Source of the DNA: Delftia acidovorans NBRC 14950
Lineage (GTDB): Bacteria > Pseudomonadota > Gammaproteobacteria > Burkholderiales > Burkholderiaceae_C
Assembly: GCF_001598795.1 (NCBI RefSeq)
Contig: NZ_BCZP01000003.1
Span: 60,001 to 92,000, forward strand
Reading direction: 5' to 3'
Length of the DNA stretch: 32,000 nucleotides
Part shown: positions 14,515 through 22,431 of the stretch, one piece after another
Numbering within the stretch: position 1 is the stretch's first letter
Layout of the letters: each line of letters starts with the position of its first letter
The notes under the pieces: generated by a model
Told to the model about the DNA's origin: nothing
The model's database searches: none
What the model saw: the letters and a program-made list of their open reading frames with translations, nothing else
Translations under genes and position numbers: made by a program

Positions 14515-15327
14515 ATGACGACCCCGTCCCACACCCCCGCGAACACCGCCCGGCGCGGCACCTGCACCCTGGTCGGCGCCGGCCCCGGCGACCCGGAGCT
14601 GCTGACCATCAAGGCCCTCAAGGCCATACAGGCTGCCACCGTGCTGCTGGTCGATGACCTGGTCAGCGACGCCATCGTGGCCCATGCCGCGCCCACGGCG
14701 CGCATCGTCTACGTGGGCAAGCGCGGCGGCTGCAAGAGCACGCCCCAGGCCTTCATCGAAAAGCTCATGCTGAGCGCCGTGCAGGAGGGCGAGACCGTGG
14801 TGCGCCTGAAGGGCGGCGATCCCTTCATCTTCGGGCGCGGCGGCGAAGAGGTGGAGCACCTGCGCGAAGCGGGCGTCGAGGTCCAGGTCATCAACGGCAT
14901 CACCGCTGGCCTGGCCGGGCTCACCAGCCTGGGCGCCCCGCTCACGCACCGCGACCGCGCGCACGGCGTGGTCTTCATCACGGGCCACGCCAAGCCCGGC
15001 GACAGCGGCACCGACTGGCGCCAGCTGGCCGCCACCGCACGCGATGCGCGGCTCACCCTGGTGATCTACATGGGCGTGAGCAGCGTGGAGCACATCCGCG
15101 CCGAGCTGCTCAATGGCCTGCCCGCAGCCACGCCCGTGGCCGTGATCCAGCACGCCAGCCTGCCACAACAGCGCCACGCGCTGACCACGCTGGGCGCGCT
15201 GGTGGAGTGCATTGCCGACACGGGCCTGGGCAGCCCCAGCGTCATCGTCGTTGGCGATGTGGTCCATGGCGTACGGGCAATGGCCGAACCTCAGACGCAG
15301 CTCACCGCTGCGGTTGCAGCCGCCTGA
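14515..15327 (+). CDS. cobA: Uroporphyrinogen-III C-methyltransferase (SUMT; first step of the siroheme branch)
   Basis: GAGPGDPELLTIKALKAIQAATVLLVDDLV, VVRLKGGDPFIFGRGGEE and VINGITAG are the tetrapyrrole methylase signature blocks. At 270 aa it has no dehydrogenase/ferrochelatase domain. Confidence 0.9.
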   Translation: MTTPSHTPANTARRGTCTLVGAGPGDPELLTIKALKAIQAATVLLVDDLVSDAIVAHAAPTARIVYVGKRGGCKSTPQAFIEKLMLSAVQEGETVVRLKGGDPFIFGRGGEEVEHLREAGVEVQVINGITAGLAGLTSLGAPLTHRDRAHGVVFITGHAKPGDSGTDWRQLAATARDARLTLVIYMGVSSVEHIRAELLNGLPAATPVAVIQHASLPQQRHALTTLGALVECIADTGLGSPSVIVVGDVVHGVRAMAEPQTQLTAAVAAA

Positions 15328-15400
15328 GTGCGAGATTGCTGCAATCAAAAATCTATCGATTCATAAAAGTCATTAGTTTTCATTAAAAATCCCCTGTTGG

Positions 15401-15432
15401 CTGCCGAAACGGCGTTTAGACCGTTTTGGCAG
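15401..15432 (+). other. 12-bp stem hairpin in the cobA to sensor-kinase spacer
   Basis: CTGCCGAAACGG(15401-15412) pairs with CCGTTTTGGCAG(15421-15432), with one G-U pair and an 8-nt loop. No U-tract follows on either strand, so it is not a classical terminator. An AT-rich tract of about 60 bp (15340-15395) precedes it. Confidence 0.3.
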
Positions 15433-15476
15433 ACCGTCAGCTCCGCCAGGCGGCGGTAGCGCCATCGGGGGATTCC

Positions 15477-18400
15477 ATGAAAACACCAGGCCTTACTTTC
15501 ACTTCCACAGCTGCGCAGATACGGCTGTCCGCATGGCGGCGCACGTGGTCGCCGCTGCTGGCCGGCTGCGCGCTTGGCATGGCCCTGCTCATGCCCGGCC
15601 TGGCTGCAGGCGCCGACATGGTGCTGGCCACGCGCGTCACGGCCGCTGCAAAGCCCTGGCTCACACCCGCGCACCGCCAGTGGCTGCAGGCGCGCGGGCC
15701 GCTGACCGTGGGCATTTCCCTGCCCGACCATCCTCCCCTGGAAATGATCGATGGCGAGCGCTTCCAGGGCATCACGGCCGACCACCTGGGACTGCTGTTT
15801 CCCGCACCGGTGCGCTTCAAGACCTATGGATCGCGCGTGGCCGTGCTCGATGCGCTGCGGCGCGGCGAGATCGACCTGGCCTGCGAGGGCACCGAGCTGG
15901 AGGCCGAACGCGCCGACCTGGCCCTGAGCGTGCCCTACCTGCCCAGCCAGCCCGTGCTGGTGTCGCTCTCGCATGCGCCCTTCGACGCGGAGCGCCGGGG
16001 CGCGCGGCTGGCCATGACGCCCAACCAGCTGCTGCGCTCCCAGGTTGCGGCCGCCTATCCTCTCAGCGAGCTGCTGACCTATGAAACACCCCGCCGCGCG
16101 CTGGAGGCGCTGAGCCTGGGCGAGATCGACGGCTTCGTCGGCGACACGGTCACGGTGCACTACCTGATCCAGGCCAACTACCTGCTCAACCTGCGCGTGC
16201 AGGGCTTTGCCCCCATAGAGAGCCGAGGCTTCGGCATGCTGGTGCGGCATAACGATACGCAGCTGAAGGCCTATCTGGACCAGGCCCTGCCCACCATCAC
16301 CTTGCAGCATGGCGACGACATTCTGCACAGCTGGAGCGGCAGCCGCCGTCCGCTGCTGGGAAGCGACCGCGTGGCCCTGACACCCTCGGAAAAGCAGTGG
16401 CTGGATGCCCATCCCCGCATTCCCGTGGTGCTCAACAGCTCCCTGGGATCGCTGGGAAAGCTGAATGCCGACCGCCAGGCCGAGGGCATAGGACCCGACT
16501 ACCTGGACCTGATCAGCCACCGCGCCGGCCTGCAGTTCGACTACGTGACCGCACGCAACTACACCGAACTCGAGGCCATTCTGGGCTCGGGCAAGGCCCT
16601 GCTCACCCCCGTCTACACCTCGCCGCCGATTGCATCGCCCGATATCAAGCTGCTGCCGCCCTACCTGCGCAGCGCGGTGGTGGTGATGGCCCGGCCCGAG
16701 GCGAATGCGGGCACACAGCGTGACAAGGGCATACACCACCTGCAGGGACTGGAGGGCAAGCGCGTGGCCATGGTCGCTGGCTTCTTCCTGGAAGACACGG
16801 TGCGCCGCGAGCATCCGCGCATACGGCTGCAGCTGTATCCCGACCTGGCCCAGGCCCTGGCCAGCGTGGCGGCCGATGACAGCGATGCCTTCGTCGGCAA
16901 CGACTACGCAGCGCGCTATGCCAACGCCCAGCAATTGGGCAACCAGTTGCAGCTCACCGGCATCCTGGAGGACTACACCCGCCCCGTGAGCCTGGCCGTG
17001 CATGCCGCCGAGCCCGAGCTTCTGAGCATTCTGGAGAAGGCCCAGCTGTCCATCTCACCCGAAGAAATGGCCGAAATCGTGCGCCTGTGGGCACCGCGCG
17101 ATAGCGGCAGCGGCACGCGCTTTTGGCGCGAGCACCGCCAGCGCCTGCTGCTGCTGCTGGCAGCGCTGGCGCTGGCCACGGCCACTTCCCTGGTCTGGGG
17201 CTTTTACCTGAGCCGCCAGATGCGCAGGACGCGCCGTGCCGAGCGGCGCGCCGAGGCCGCCAACCGGGCCAAAAGCCTGTTCCTGTCCACCACCAGCCAC
17301 GAGATACGCACGCCGCTGAGCGCCATCATCGGCCTGCTGGAGCTGGCGCAGGACCGCGAAAAACGCGGCCTGCCCCACCGCGATACGCTGGCCGCGGCCC
17401 ACAAGGCCTCCCAGGGCATGCTGCTGCTGCTGGGCAATGTGCTGGACCTGCACCGCATCGAGTCGGGCCACATCGACTCCACGCCCCAGCCCGTGGCGCT
17501 GCGGCCGCTGATCGAAGACATGGCCCCGCTGCTGCAGGGCCTGGCGCACGGCAAGCGGCTGTCGCTGCGCACCCAGGTTGGCAAGGGCGTGGACCACAGC
17601 GTGACGGCCGACCCGCTGCACCTCAAGCAGGTGCTGTTCAACCTGCTGAGCAATGCCATCAAATTCACCGAACGCGGCAGCGTCACCCTGCGCGCGCAAG
17701 GCACCCGCCGCCATGACCGCCTGCTGCTGCAGATGGAGGTGGAGGACACCGGCATCGGCATTGCGCCGCAGGACCAGGCCCGGCTGTTCAAGCCCTTTTC
17801 GCAGGTGCCGGGCGCCCATCAGGACCAGGCCTTCGGCAGCGGCCTGGGCCTGAGCATCACGCGCCGCCTGCTGGAGCACATGGGTGGGACCATCACCCTG
17901 GAGAGCGTGCCGGGCCGGGGCTCACGCTTCACGGTCAGGTTGAGCCTGCCGCTGGTGGAGCCGGACGACAGGCCGTCGGCCGAAGAAGTATTGCCCCGGA
18001 TCATGCCCGTGCCCCTGGAGCTGCGTGCAAAGGCCGATACAGGCACCGAGCCCCTGCCCGAAGTCCCGGCCGAGCCTGAACTCAGAATCCTGGCCGTGGA
18101 AGACTATCTGTTCAATCGCGAACTGCTCAAGAGCCAGTTCACCGCGCTGGGCCACGGCATCTCGCTGGCCGGCGATGGGCAGGAGGCCTGGGCGCGTTGC
18201 CTGGTCGAGTCCTTCGATCTCATCATCACCGACGGCCGCATGCCGATCATGGACGGCTTCGAGTTCATCCGGCGTCTGCGTCGGCGGGAAGCCGAAAACC
18301 AGCTGCGCCGCTGCCGCGTGATTGCGCTGACCGCCAGTCCCGAGGCCTCCGAGGCCCTGCGCTACCTGCAGGCCGGTGCCGACGAGGTGCTGTCCAAGCC

Positions 18401-18518
18401 GGCTTCCATGGAAGACCTCAGGCGCGTCATCGAGCAGGTGCGGGACGAGTTGCAGGGCAGCGCGCCCGGCACCTGGCATCGGCCACCCGCCGCACCCTCC
18501 ACGCTCAGCCCGGCTTGA
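15477..18518 (+). CDS. BvgS/EvgS-like hybrid sensor histidine kinase: signal/TM, two periplasmic family-3 solute-binding domains, TM, HisKA, HATPase, receiver domain
   Basis: Start at ATG 15477 (MKTPGLTF...). The listed start at 15426 is TTG and lies inside a hairpin. There are two SBP_bac_3-like repeats (residues about 70-300 and 320-560), then the TM segment LLLLLAALALATATSLVWGFYL. The H-box is SHEIRTPL, the N-box LLSNAIKFT, G1 DTGIGI and G2 GSGLGLSI. The receiver is ILAVEDYLFNRELL...DLIITDGRMPIMDG...LSKP. No HPt domain is present. Confidence 0.9.
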   Translation: MKTPGLTFTSTAAQIRLSAWRRTWSPLLAGCALGMALLMPGLAAGADMVLATRVTAAAKPWLTPAHRQWLQARGPLTVGISLPDHPPLEMIDGERFQGITADHLGLLFPAPVRFKTYGSRVAVLDALRRGEIDLACEGTELEAERADLALSVPYLPSQPVLVSLSHAPFDAERRGARLAMTPNQLLRSQVAAAYPLSELLTYETPRRALEALSLGEIDGFVGDTVTVHYLIQANYLLNLRVQGFAPIESRGFGMLVRHNDTQLKAYLDQALPTITLQHGDDILHSWSGSRRPLLGSDRVALTPSEKQWLDAHPRIPVVLNSSLGSLGKLNADRQAEGIGPDYLDLISHRAGLQFDYVTARNYTELEAILGSGKALLTPVYTSPPIASPDIKLLPPYLRSAVVVMARPEANAGTQRDKGIHHLQGLEGKRVAMVAGFFLEDTVRREHPRIRLQLYPDLAQALASVAADDSDAFVGNDYAARYANAQQLGNQLQLTGILEDYTRPVSLAVHAAEPELLSILEKAQLSISPEEMAEIVRLWAPRDSGSGTRFWREHRQRLLLLLAALALATATSLVWGFYLSRQMRRTRRAERRAEAANRAKSLFLSTTSHEIRTPLSAIIGLLELAQDREKRGLPHRDTLAAAHKASQGMLLLLGNVLDLHRIESGHIDSTPQPVALRPLIEDMAPLLQGLAHGKRLSLRTQVGKGVDHSVTADPLHLKQVLFNLLSNAIKFTERGSVTLRAQGTRRHDRLLLQMEVEDTGIGIAPQDQARLFKPFSQVPGAHQDQAFGSGLGLSITRRLLEHMGGTITLESVPGRGSRFTVRLSLPLVEPDDRPSAEEVLPRIMPVPLELRAKADTGTEPLPEVPAEPELRILAVEDYLFNRELLKSQFTALGHGISLAGDGQEAWARCLVESFDLIITDGRMPIMDGFEFIRRLRRREAENQLRRCRVIALTASPEASEALRYLQAGADEVLSKPASMEDLRRVIEQVRDELQGSAPGTWHRPPAAPSTLSPA

Positions 18519-19011
18519 CCGAACTGCTGGCCGTCACGCGGCTTTGCTCGAAGCGCTGGGCCAGCTCGCGGCGCAGGTCCTTGCGGATCAGCGCGGCCTG
18601 CCAGCGGCGCTTTTCCTCGTCGGTGGCCGGCACCAGCGTGGGCACGGGCGCAGGCTGCTTGTTCTCGTCCACCGCCACCATGGTGAAAAAGCAGCTGTTG
18701 ACATGGCGCACCACCTGGGTGCGGATGTCCTCGGCCACCACCTTGATGCCGATCTCCATCGACGACTTGCCCGTGTGGTTGACGCTGGCCAGGAAGGTCA
18801 CCAGCTCGCCCACATGGATGGGCTGCAGGAACATCACCTGGTCCACGCTCAGCGTGACCACATAGCGGCCCGCGTAGCGGCTGGCGCAGGCATAGGCCAC
18901 CTGGTCGAGCTGCTTGAGAACGGCGCCGCCATGGACGTTGCCCGAAAAGTTCGCCATGTCGGGCGACATGAGCACGGTCATGCTCAGCTGGTGCGATGGG
19001 AAATTCATCAC
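18505..19011 (-). CDS. Acyl-CoA thioesterase, hotdog fold (YciA-like)
   Basis: SPDMANFSGNVHGGAVLKQLDQVAYACASRY...VVTLSVDQVMFLQPIHVGELV...SSMEIGIKV is a typical YciA/4HBT-type pattern. The start is GTG 19011 or ATG 19008. The 3' end overlaps the kinase stop by 14 nt (convergent genes). Confidence 0.88.
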   Translation of the reverse strand: MMNFPSHQLSMTVLMSPDMANFSGNVHGGAVLKQLDQVAYACASRYAGRYVVTLSVDQVMFLQPIHVGELVTFLASVNHTGKSSMEIGIKVVAEDIRTQVVRHVNSCFFTMVAVDENKQPAPVPTLVPATDEEKRRWQAALIRKDLRRELAQRFEQSRVTASSSVKPG

Positions 19012-19148
19012 GGGATTTTAGGTCCCCCTGAGTCGCTGCGCGCCTTCCCCCAGAGGGGGACGACACCCTCGGTGCGGGGCGGCCCTTCCTCGGTGTCCCT
19101 GGCTTCAGGACACGCCAGTTTCACAGGGCACGCGAAGGGCTGGCTCAA

Positions 19149-20414
19149 GTGCGCGAGAATGGGCGCCCTTTTGCCCCCCCGAGTGACGTTTTTGTGACCT
19201 CTTCCCTCTCTTTCGACGCCATCGTCATCGGCGCCGGCGCGGCCGGTCTGTTCTGTGCGGCCCAGGCCGGACAGCGGGGCCTGTCGGTGCTGCTCCTGGA
19301 CCACGCGGAGAAGGTGGCCGAGAAGATCCGCATCTCGGGCGGCGGCCGTTGCAACTTCACCAACCGCGACCTGGACGTGCGTGCGCCGCACAAGCACTTC
19401 GTGGGCGGCAACCCGCAGTTCTGCCGCTCGGCCCTGTCGCGCTACACGCCGGCCGACTTCATCGCGCTGATGGACAGGCACGGCATTGCCCATCATGAAA
19501 AGCACAAGGGCCAGCTGTTCGCCGACCGCTCGGCCGAGGACATCATCGCCATGCTGCTGGCCGAATGCCAGGCCGGCGGCGTGCAGCGCTGGCAGCCCTG
19601 CAAGGTCGATTCCGTCGTTCATGCGGATGGCCAGTACCGCCTGCAGACCAGCCGTGGCGCCGTGCAGGCGCCCAGCCTGGTCATCGCCACGGGCGGGCTG
19701 TCCATTCCCAAGATCGGCGCCACCGACTTCGGCTACCGCCTGGCCCAGCAGTTCGACCTGCCCCTGGTCGAGCGCGTGCCGGGCCTGGTGCCGCTGACCT
19801 TCGACGGCGAGGCCTGGGCACCCTACGCCCAGCTCGCCGGCCTGGCCCTGCCCGTGGAGATCAGCACCGGCAGCAAGAAAGAGCGCATGGCCTTCATGGA
19901 AGACCTGCTGTTCACGCACCGCGGCCTGTCCGGCCCCGCCGTGCTGCAGATCTCGAGCTACTGGAAGCCCGGCACGCCCCTGTGCATCAACCTCGCTCCC
20001 GAGGTGGACCTGCAGGACGAATTGCTCAAGGCCAAGTCGCGCTCGCGCAAGCTCATCGCCAACGAACTGGCGCAGTGGCTGCCCTCGCGCCTGGCCGATG
20101 CCTGGGTGCAGCAGGACGCGGCCTGGCAGCGCCCCATTGCCGAAGCCTCGGACAAGGCCCTGAACCAGCTGGCCGAGCGCCTGTCGCGCTGGGAGATCGT
20201 GCCCACCGGCACCGAAGGCTACAAGAAGGCCGAAGTGACACTGGGCGGCGTGGACACGCGTGCGCTTTCGCAACAGACCATGGAATGCAAGACCCAGCCC
20301 GGCCTGTACTGCATCGGCGAAGTGGTGGACATCACCGGTTGGCTGGGCGGATACAACTTCCAATGGGCCTGGGCCAGCGGGTATGCGTGCGCGCAGGCCT
20401 TGCCTTGTGCGTGA
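19149..20414 (+). CDS. HI0933/YhiN-family NAD(P)/FAD-dependent oxidoreductase
   Basis: DAIVIGAGAAGLFCA is the dinucleotide fold. KIRISGGGRCNFTN, FTHRGLSGPAVLQIS and GEVVDITGWLGGYNFQWAWASG are family hallmarks. The start is uncertain: GTG 19149 (AAGGG 9 nt upstream) or GTG 19194. Confidence 0.85.
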   Translation: MRENGRPFAPPSDVFVTSSLSFDAIVIGAGAAGLFCAAQAGQRGLSVLLLDHAEKVAEKIRISGGGRCNFTNRDLDVRAPHKHFVGGNPQFCRSALSRYTPADFIALMDRHGIAHHEKHKGQLFADRSAEDIIAMLLAECQAGGVQRWQPCKVDSVVHADGQYRLQTSRGAVQAPSLVIATGGLSIPKIGATDFGYRLAQQFDLPLVERVPGLVPLTFDGEAWAPYAQLAGLALPVEISTGSKKERMAFMEDLLFTHRGLSGPAVLQISSYWKPGTPLCINLAPEVDLQDELLKAKSRSRKLIANELAQWLPSRLADAWVQQDAAWQRPIAEASDKALNQLAERLSRWEIVPTGTEGYKKAEVTLGGVDTRALSQQTMECKTQPGLYCIGEVVDITGWLGGYNFQWAWASGYACAQALPCA

Positions 20415-20415
20415 T

Positions 20416-20445
20416 TTGTCAGATCGCTTTCGTCTCGCGTATAAT
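20416..20445 (+). promoter_or_regulatory. sigma70-type promoter for rpsU
   Basis: TTGTCA (20416-20421), an 18-nt spacer, then a perfect TATAAT (20440-20445). It lies about 135 nt upstream of the rpsU ATG. Confidence 0.55.
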
Positions 20446-20579
20446 CGCCCGCTTTGCTGGCAATTGCCCCGTCGGCCAATACTAGTTAACTATTGACGGG
20501 GACCAACCGCTGAACATGGCTCTCAGGCCCGATCTTCCCGAGAACCCGCTGTCAGCACAGATATCTGGAAATCTAGCTA

Positions 20580-20792
20580 ATGACCACCATCCGCGTAAAA
20601 GAAAACGAGCCCTATGAAGTTGCCCTGCGCCGCTTCAAGCGCACCATCGAAAAGCTCGGCCTGCTGACCGACCTGCGCGCTCGCGAGTTCTACGAGAAGC
20701 CCACATCCGAACGCAAGCGCAAGAAGGCTGCCGCCGTCAAGCGTCACTACAAGCGCGTTCGCAGCATGCAGCTGCCCAAGAAGCTGTACTGA
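20580..20792 (+). CDS. rpsU: 30S ribosomal protein S21
   Basis: The 70-aa product [59 protein letters not shown] is an unmistakable S21 sequence. Confidence 0.97.
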   Translation: MTTIRVKENEPYEVALRRFKRTIEKLGLLTDLRAREFYEKPTSERKRKKAAAVKRHYKRVRSMQLPKKLY

Positions 20793-20829
20793 TCAGCCCT
20801 TGACCAGCCGGCTCTCGTCAGCCGCAAAA

Positions 20830-20861
20830 CCCGCGCTCGGGACGCCAGGCGCGGGTTTTTT
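20830..20861 (+). terminator. Intrinsic terminator after rpsU
   Basis: CCCGCGC(20830-20836) pairs with GCGCGGG(20849-20855) around a 12-nt loop, followed by TTTTTT. A further T-rich tract extends to about 20886. Confidence 0.75.
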
Positions 20862-20914
20862 GTTTTTGTTTTTTGGTTTTTGTTTTCCGACGCCACTACC
20901 TCAGGAGAAATGCC

Positions 20915-21361
20915 ATGAGCCTCAAGGCCCAGATCACCGAAGACATGAAGACCGCCATGCGCGCCAAGGACAGCGAACGCCTGGGCACCATCCGCCTGCT
21001 GCTGGCCGCGATGAAGCAAAAGGAAGTCGATGAGCGCGTCGAGCTCGACGACGCCGCCGTCATCGCCATCGTGGACAAGCTGATCAAGCAGCGCAAGGAC
21101 AGCATTGCCGCCTTCGAGGGCGCGGGCCGCCAGGACCTGGCCGACAAGGAAAAGGCCGAAACGGCCGTGCTGACCGCCTACCTGCCCGCACGCATGTCGG
21201 CCGAGGAAGTGGCCACCGCCGTGAAGGCCATCGTGGCCGAGCTGGGTGCCTCCGGCCCCGGCGACATGGGCAAGGTCATGGGCGCGGTCAAGGCGCAACT
21301 GGCTGGCAAGGCCGACATGGGCCAGGTGTCCGCTGCCGTCAAGGCCGCCCTGGCAGGTTGA
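20915..21361 (+). CDS. GatB/YqeY domain-containing protein
   Basis: Start at ATG 20915, preceded by AGGAGA. The listed start at 20873 lies in the poly-T tract. MSLKAQITEDMKTAMRAKDSERLGTIRLLLAAMKQKEVD...LIKQRKDSIAAF...DLADKEKAE is the YqeY pattern, and the gene shows the typical rpsU-yqeY linkage. Confidence 0.9.
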   Translation: MSLKAQITEDMKTAMRAKDSERLGTIRLLLAAMKQKEVDERVELDDAAVIAIVDKLIKQRKDSIAAFEGAGRQDLADKEKAETAVLTAYLPARMSAEEVATAVKAIVAELGASGPGDMGKVMGAVKAQLAGKADMGQVSAAVKAALAG

Positions 21362-21386
21362 GCCCGCTGCGGCAGCCGCGCCCTTT

Positions 21387-22301
21387 TCAGGACGCTGCTG
21401 CCGCCCATTCCTGCTGAAAGTGCTCCTGCAGGAATTCGACACAGACACGCACCTTGGCCGACAGCTGCAGCCGCGTCGGATAGACCGCCCAGACATTGGC
21501 CTCCTGCCGCCATTCGGGCAGCAGCTGCACCAGGCGCCCGGCCTGCAGATGGGCGCCCACATCCCATAGCGAGCGCAGCGCAATGCCGCGCCCGTCCACG
21601 GCCCACTGCACCACCATCTCCCCGTTGTTGGCCGACAGCGGCCCCGTGACCTTCACCGATTGCTCGGCGGCGCCCGCGCGCAGCCGCCACACGCCAAAGG
21701 CCTGGTCGCGCTCCTTGATGGCCAGGCAGTCGTGGGCCGACAGCTCGGCCGGCGTGCGCGGCGTGCCACGGCGCGCCAGGTAGGCAGGCGCCGCGCACAG
21801 CACGCGGTGGTTGTCGGCCAGCCGCCGCGCAATCAGGTGGGGCGCGATCTCGTCGCCCACGCGCACATCCAGATCGAAGCCCTCCCCCGCCACATCCACC
21901 AGCCGGTCGAACACATCCAGCCGCACCTGCAGCCCCGGATGGCGCTCCACCAGCCGGGACAGCGCCGGTGCGATCACATGCCGCCCGAAGCCGAAGCTGC
22001 TACTCACGCGCAGCAGGCCGCGCGGCTCGCTGCGCGTAATGGCCACCTCCTGCATCAGCTGGTCCATGTCGTCAAGGATGCGCTGCGCCCAGTGGAATAC
22101 GCGCTCGCCCTCCTCGGTCACGGCCACGCGGCGCGTGGTGCGGTGCAGCAGCTTCACGCCCAACTCCTGCTCCAGCAGGCGGATGCGCTTGCTCACATAG
22201 GCGGGCGATGCACCCAATTCCTCGGCCGCAGCGGCAAAGCCGGATTTGCGAGCCACCACGGTGAAGACACGCAGGTCTTCGGGAGCCGGTTGTTTATTCA
22301 C
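21387..22301 (-). CDS. LysR-family transcriptional regulator, divergent from the D-malate/tartrate dehydrogenase gene (DmlR-like arrangement)
   Basis: The HTH is DLRVFTVVARKSGFAAAAEELGASPAYVSKRIRLLEQELGVKLLHRTTRRVAVTEEG, followed by a LysR substrate-binding domain. Start set at GTG 22301 (VNKQPAPEDLRVF) to give the usual short N-terminus. ATG 22367 is an alternative. Confidence 0.85.
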   Translation of the reverse strand: MNKQPAPEDLRVFTVVARKSGFAAAAEELGASPAYVSKRIRLLEQELGVKLLHRTTRRVAVTEEGERVFHWAQRILDDMDQLMQEVAITRSEPRGLLRVSSSFGFGRHVIAPALSRLVERHPGLQVRLDVFDRLVDVAGEGFDLDVRVGDEIAPHLIARRLADNHRVLCAAPAYLARRGTPRTPAELSAHDCLAIKERDQAFGVWRLRAGAAEQSVKVTGPLSANNGEMVVQWAVDGRGIALRSLWDVGAHLQAGRLVQLLPEWRQEANVWAVYPTRLQLSAKVRVCVEFLQEHFQQEWAAAAS

Positions 22302-22431
22302 GATCTGTAAACAATGGAACCACAGTTGGCCGATTGTATTTAGCCCTGGCGCAGCCAACAATGCCATGCATGCGGCCAGGCTGTCAGCGGCGCCGCTTCA
22401 TATCCATCCATTCGATCCAAGGACAGACACC

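Noticed and set aside
10538-15348. 715-aa (10538..12685) and 710-aa (13216..15348) minus-strand ORFs
   Set aside because: They are antisense to nasA, the ybiB-like gene and cobA, all of which carry diagnostic motifs. The composition is typical of GC-rich antisense frames.
15345-17003. 552-aa minus-strand ORF
   Set aside because: It is antisense to the periplasmic domain region of the hybrid kinase, with no motifs and a Gln/Ala/Gly/Arg-rich product.
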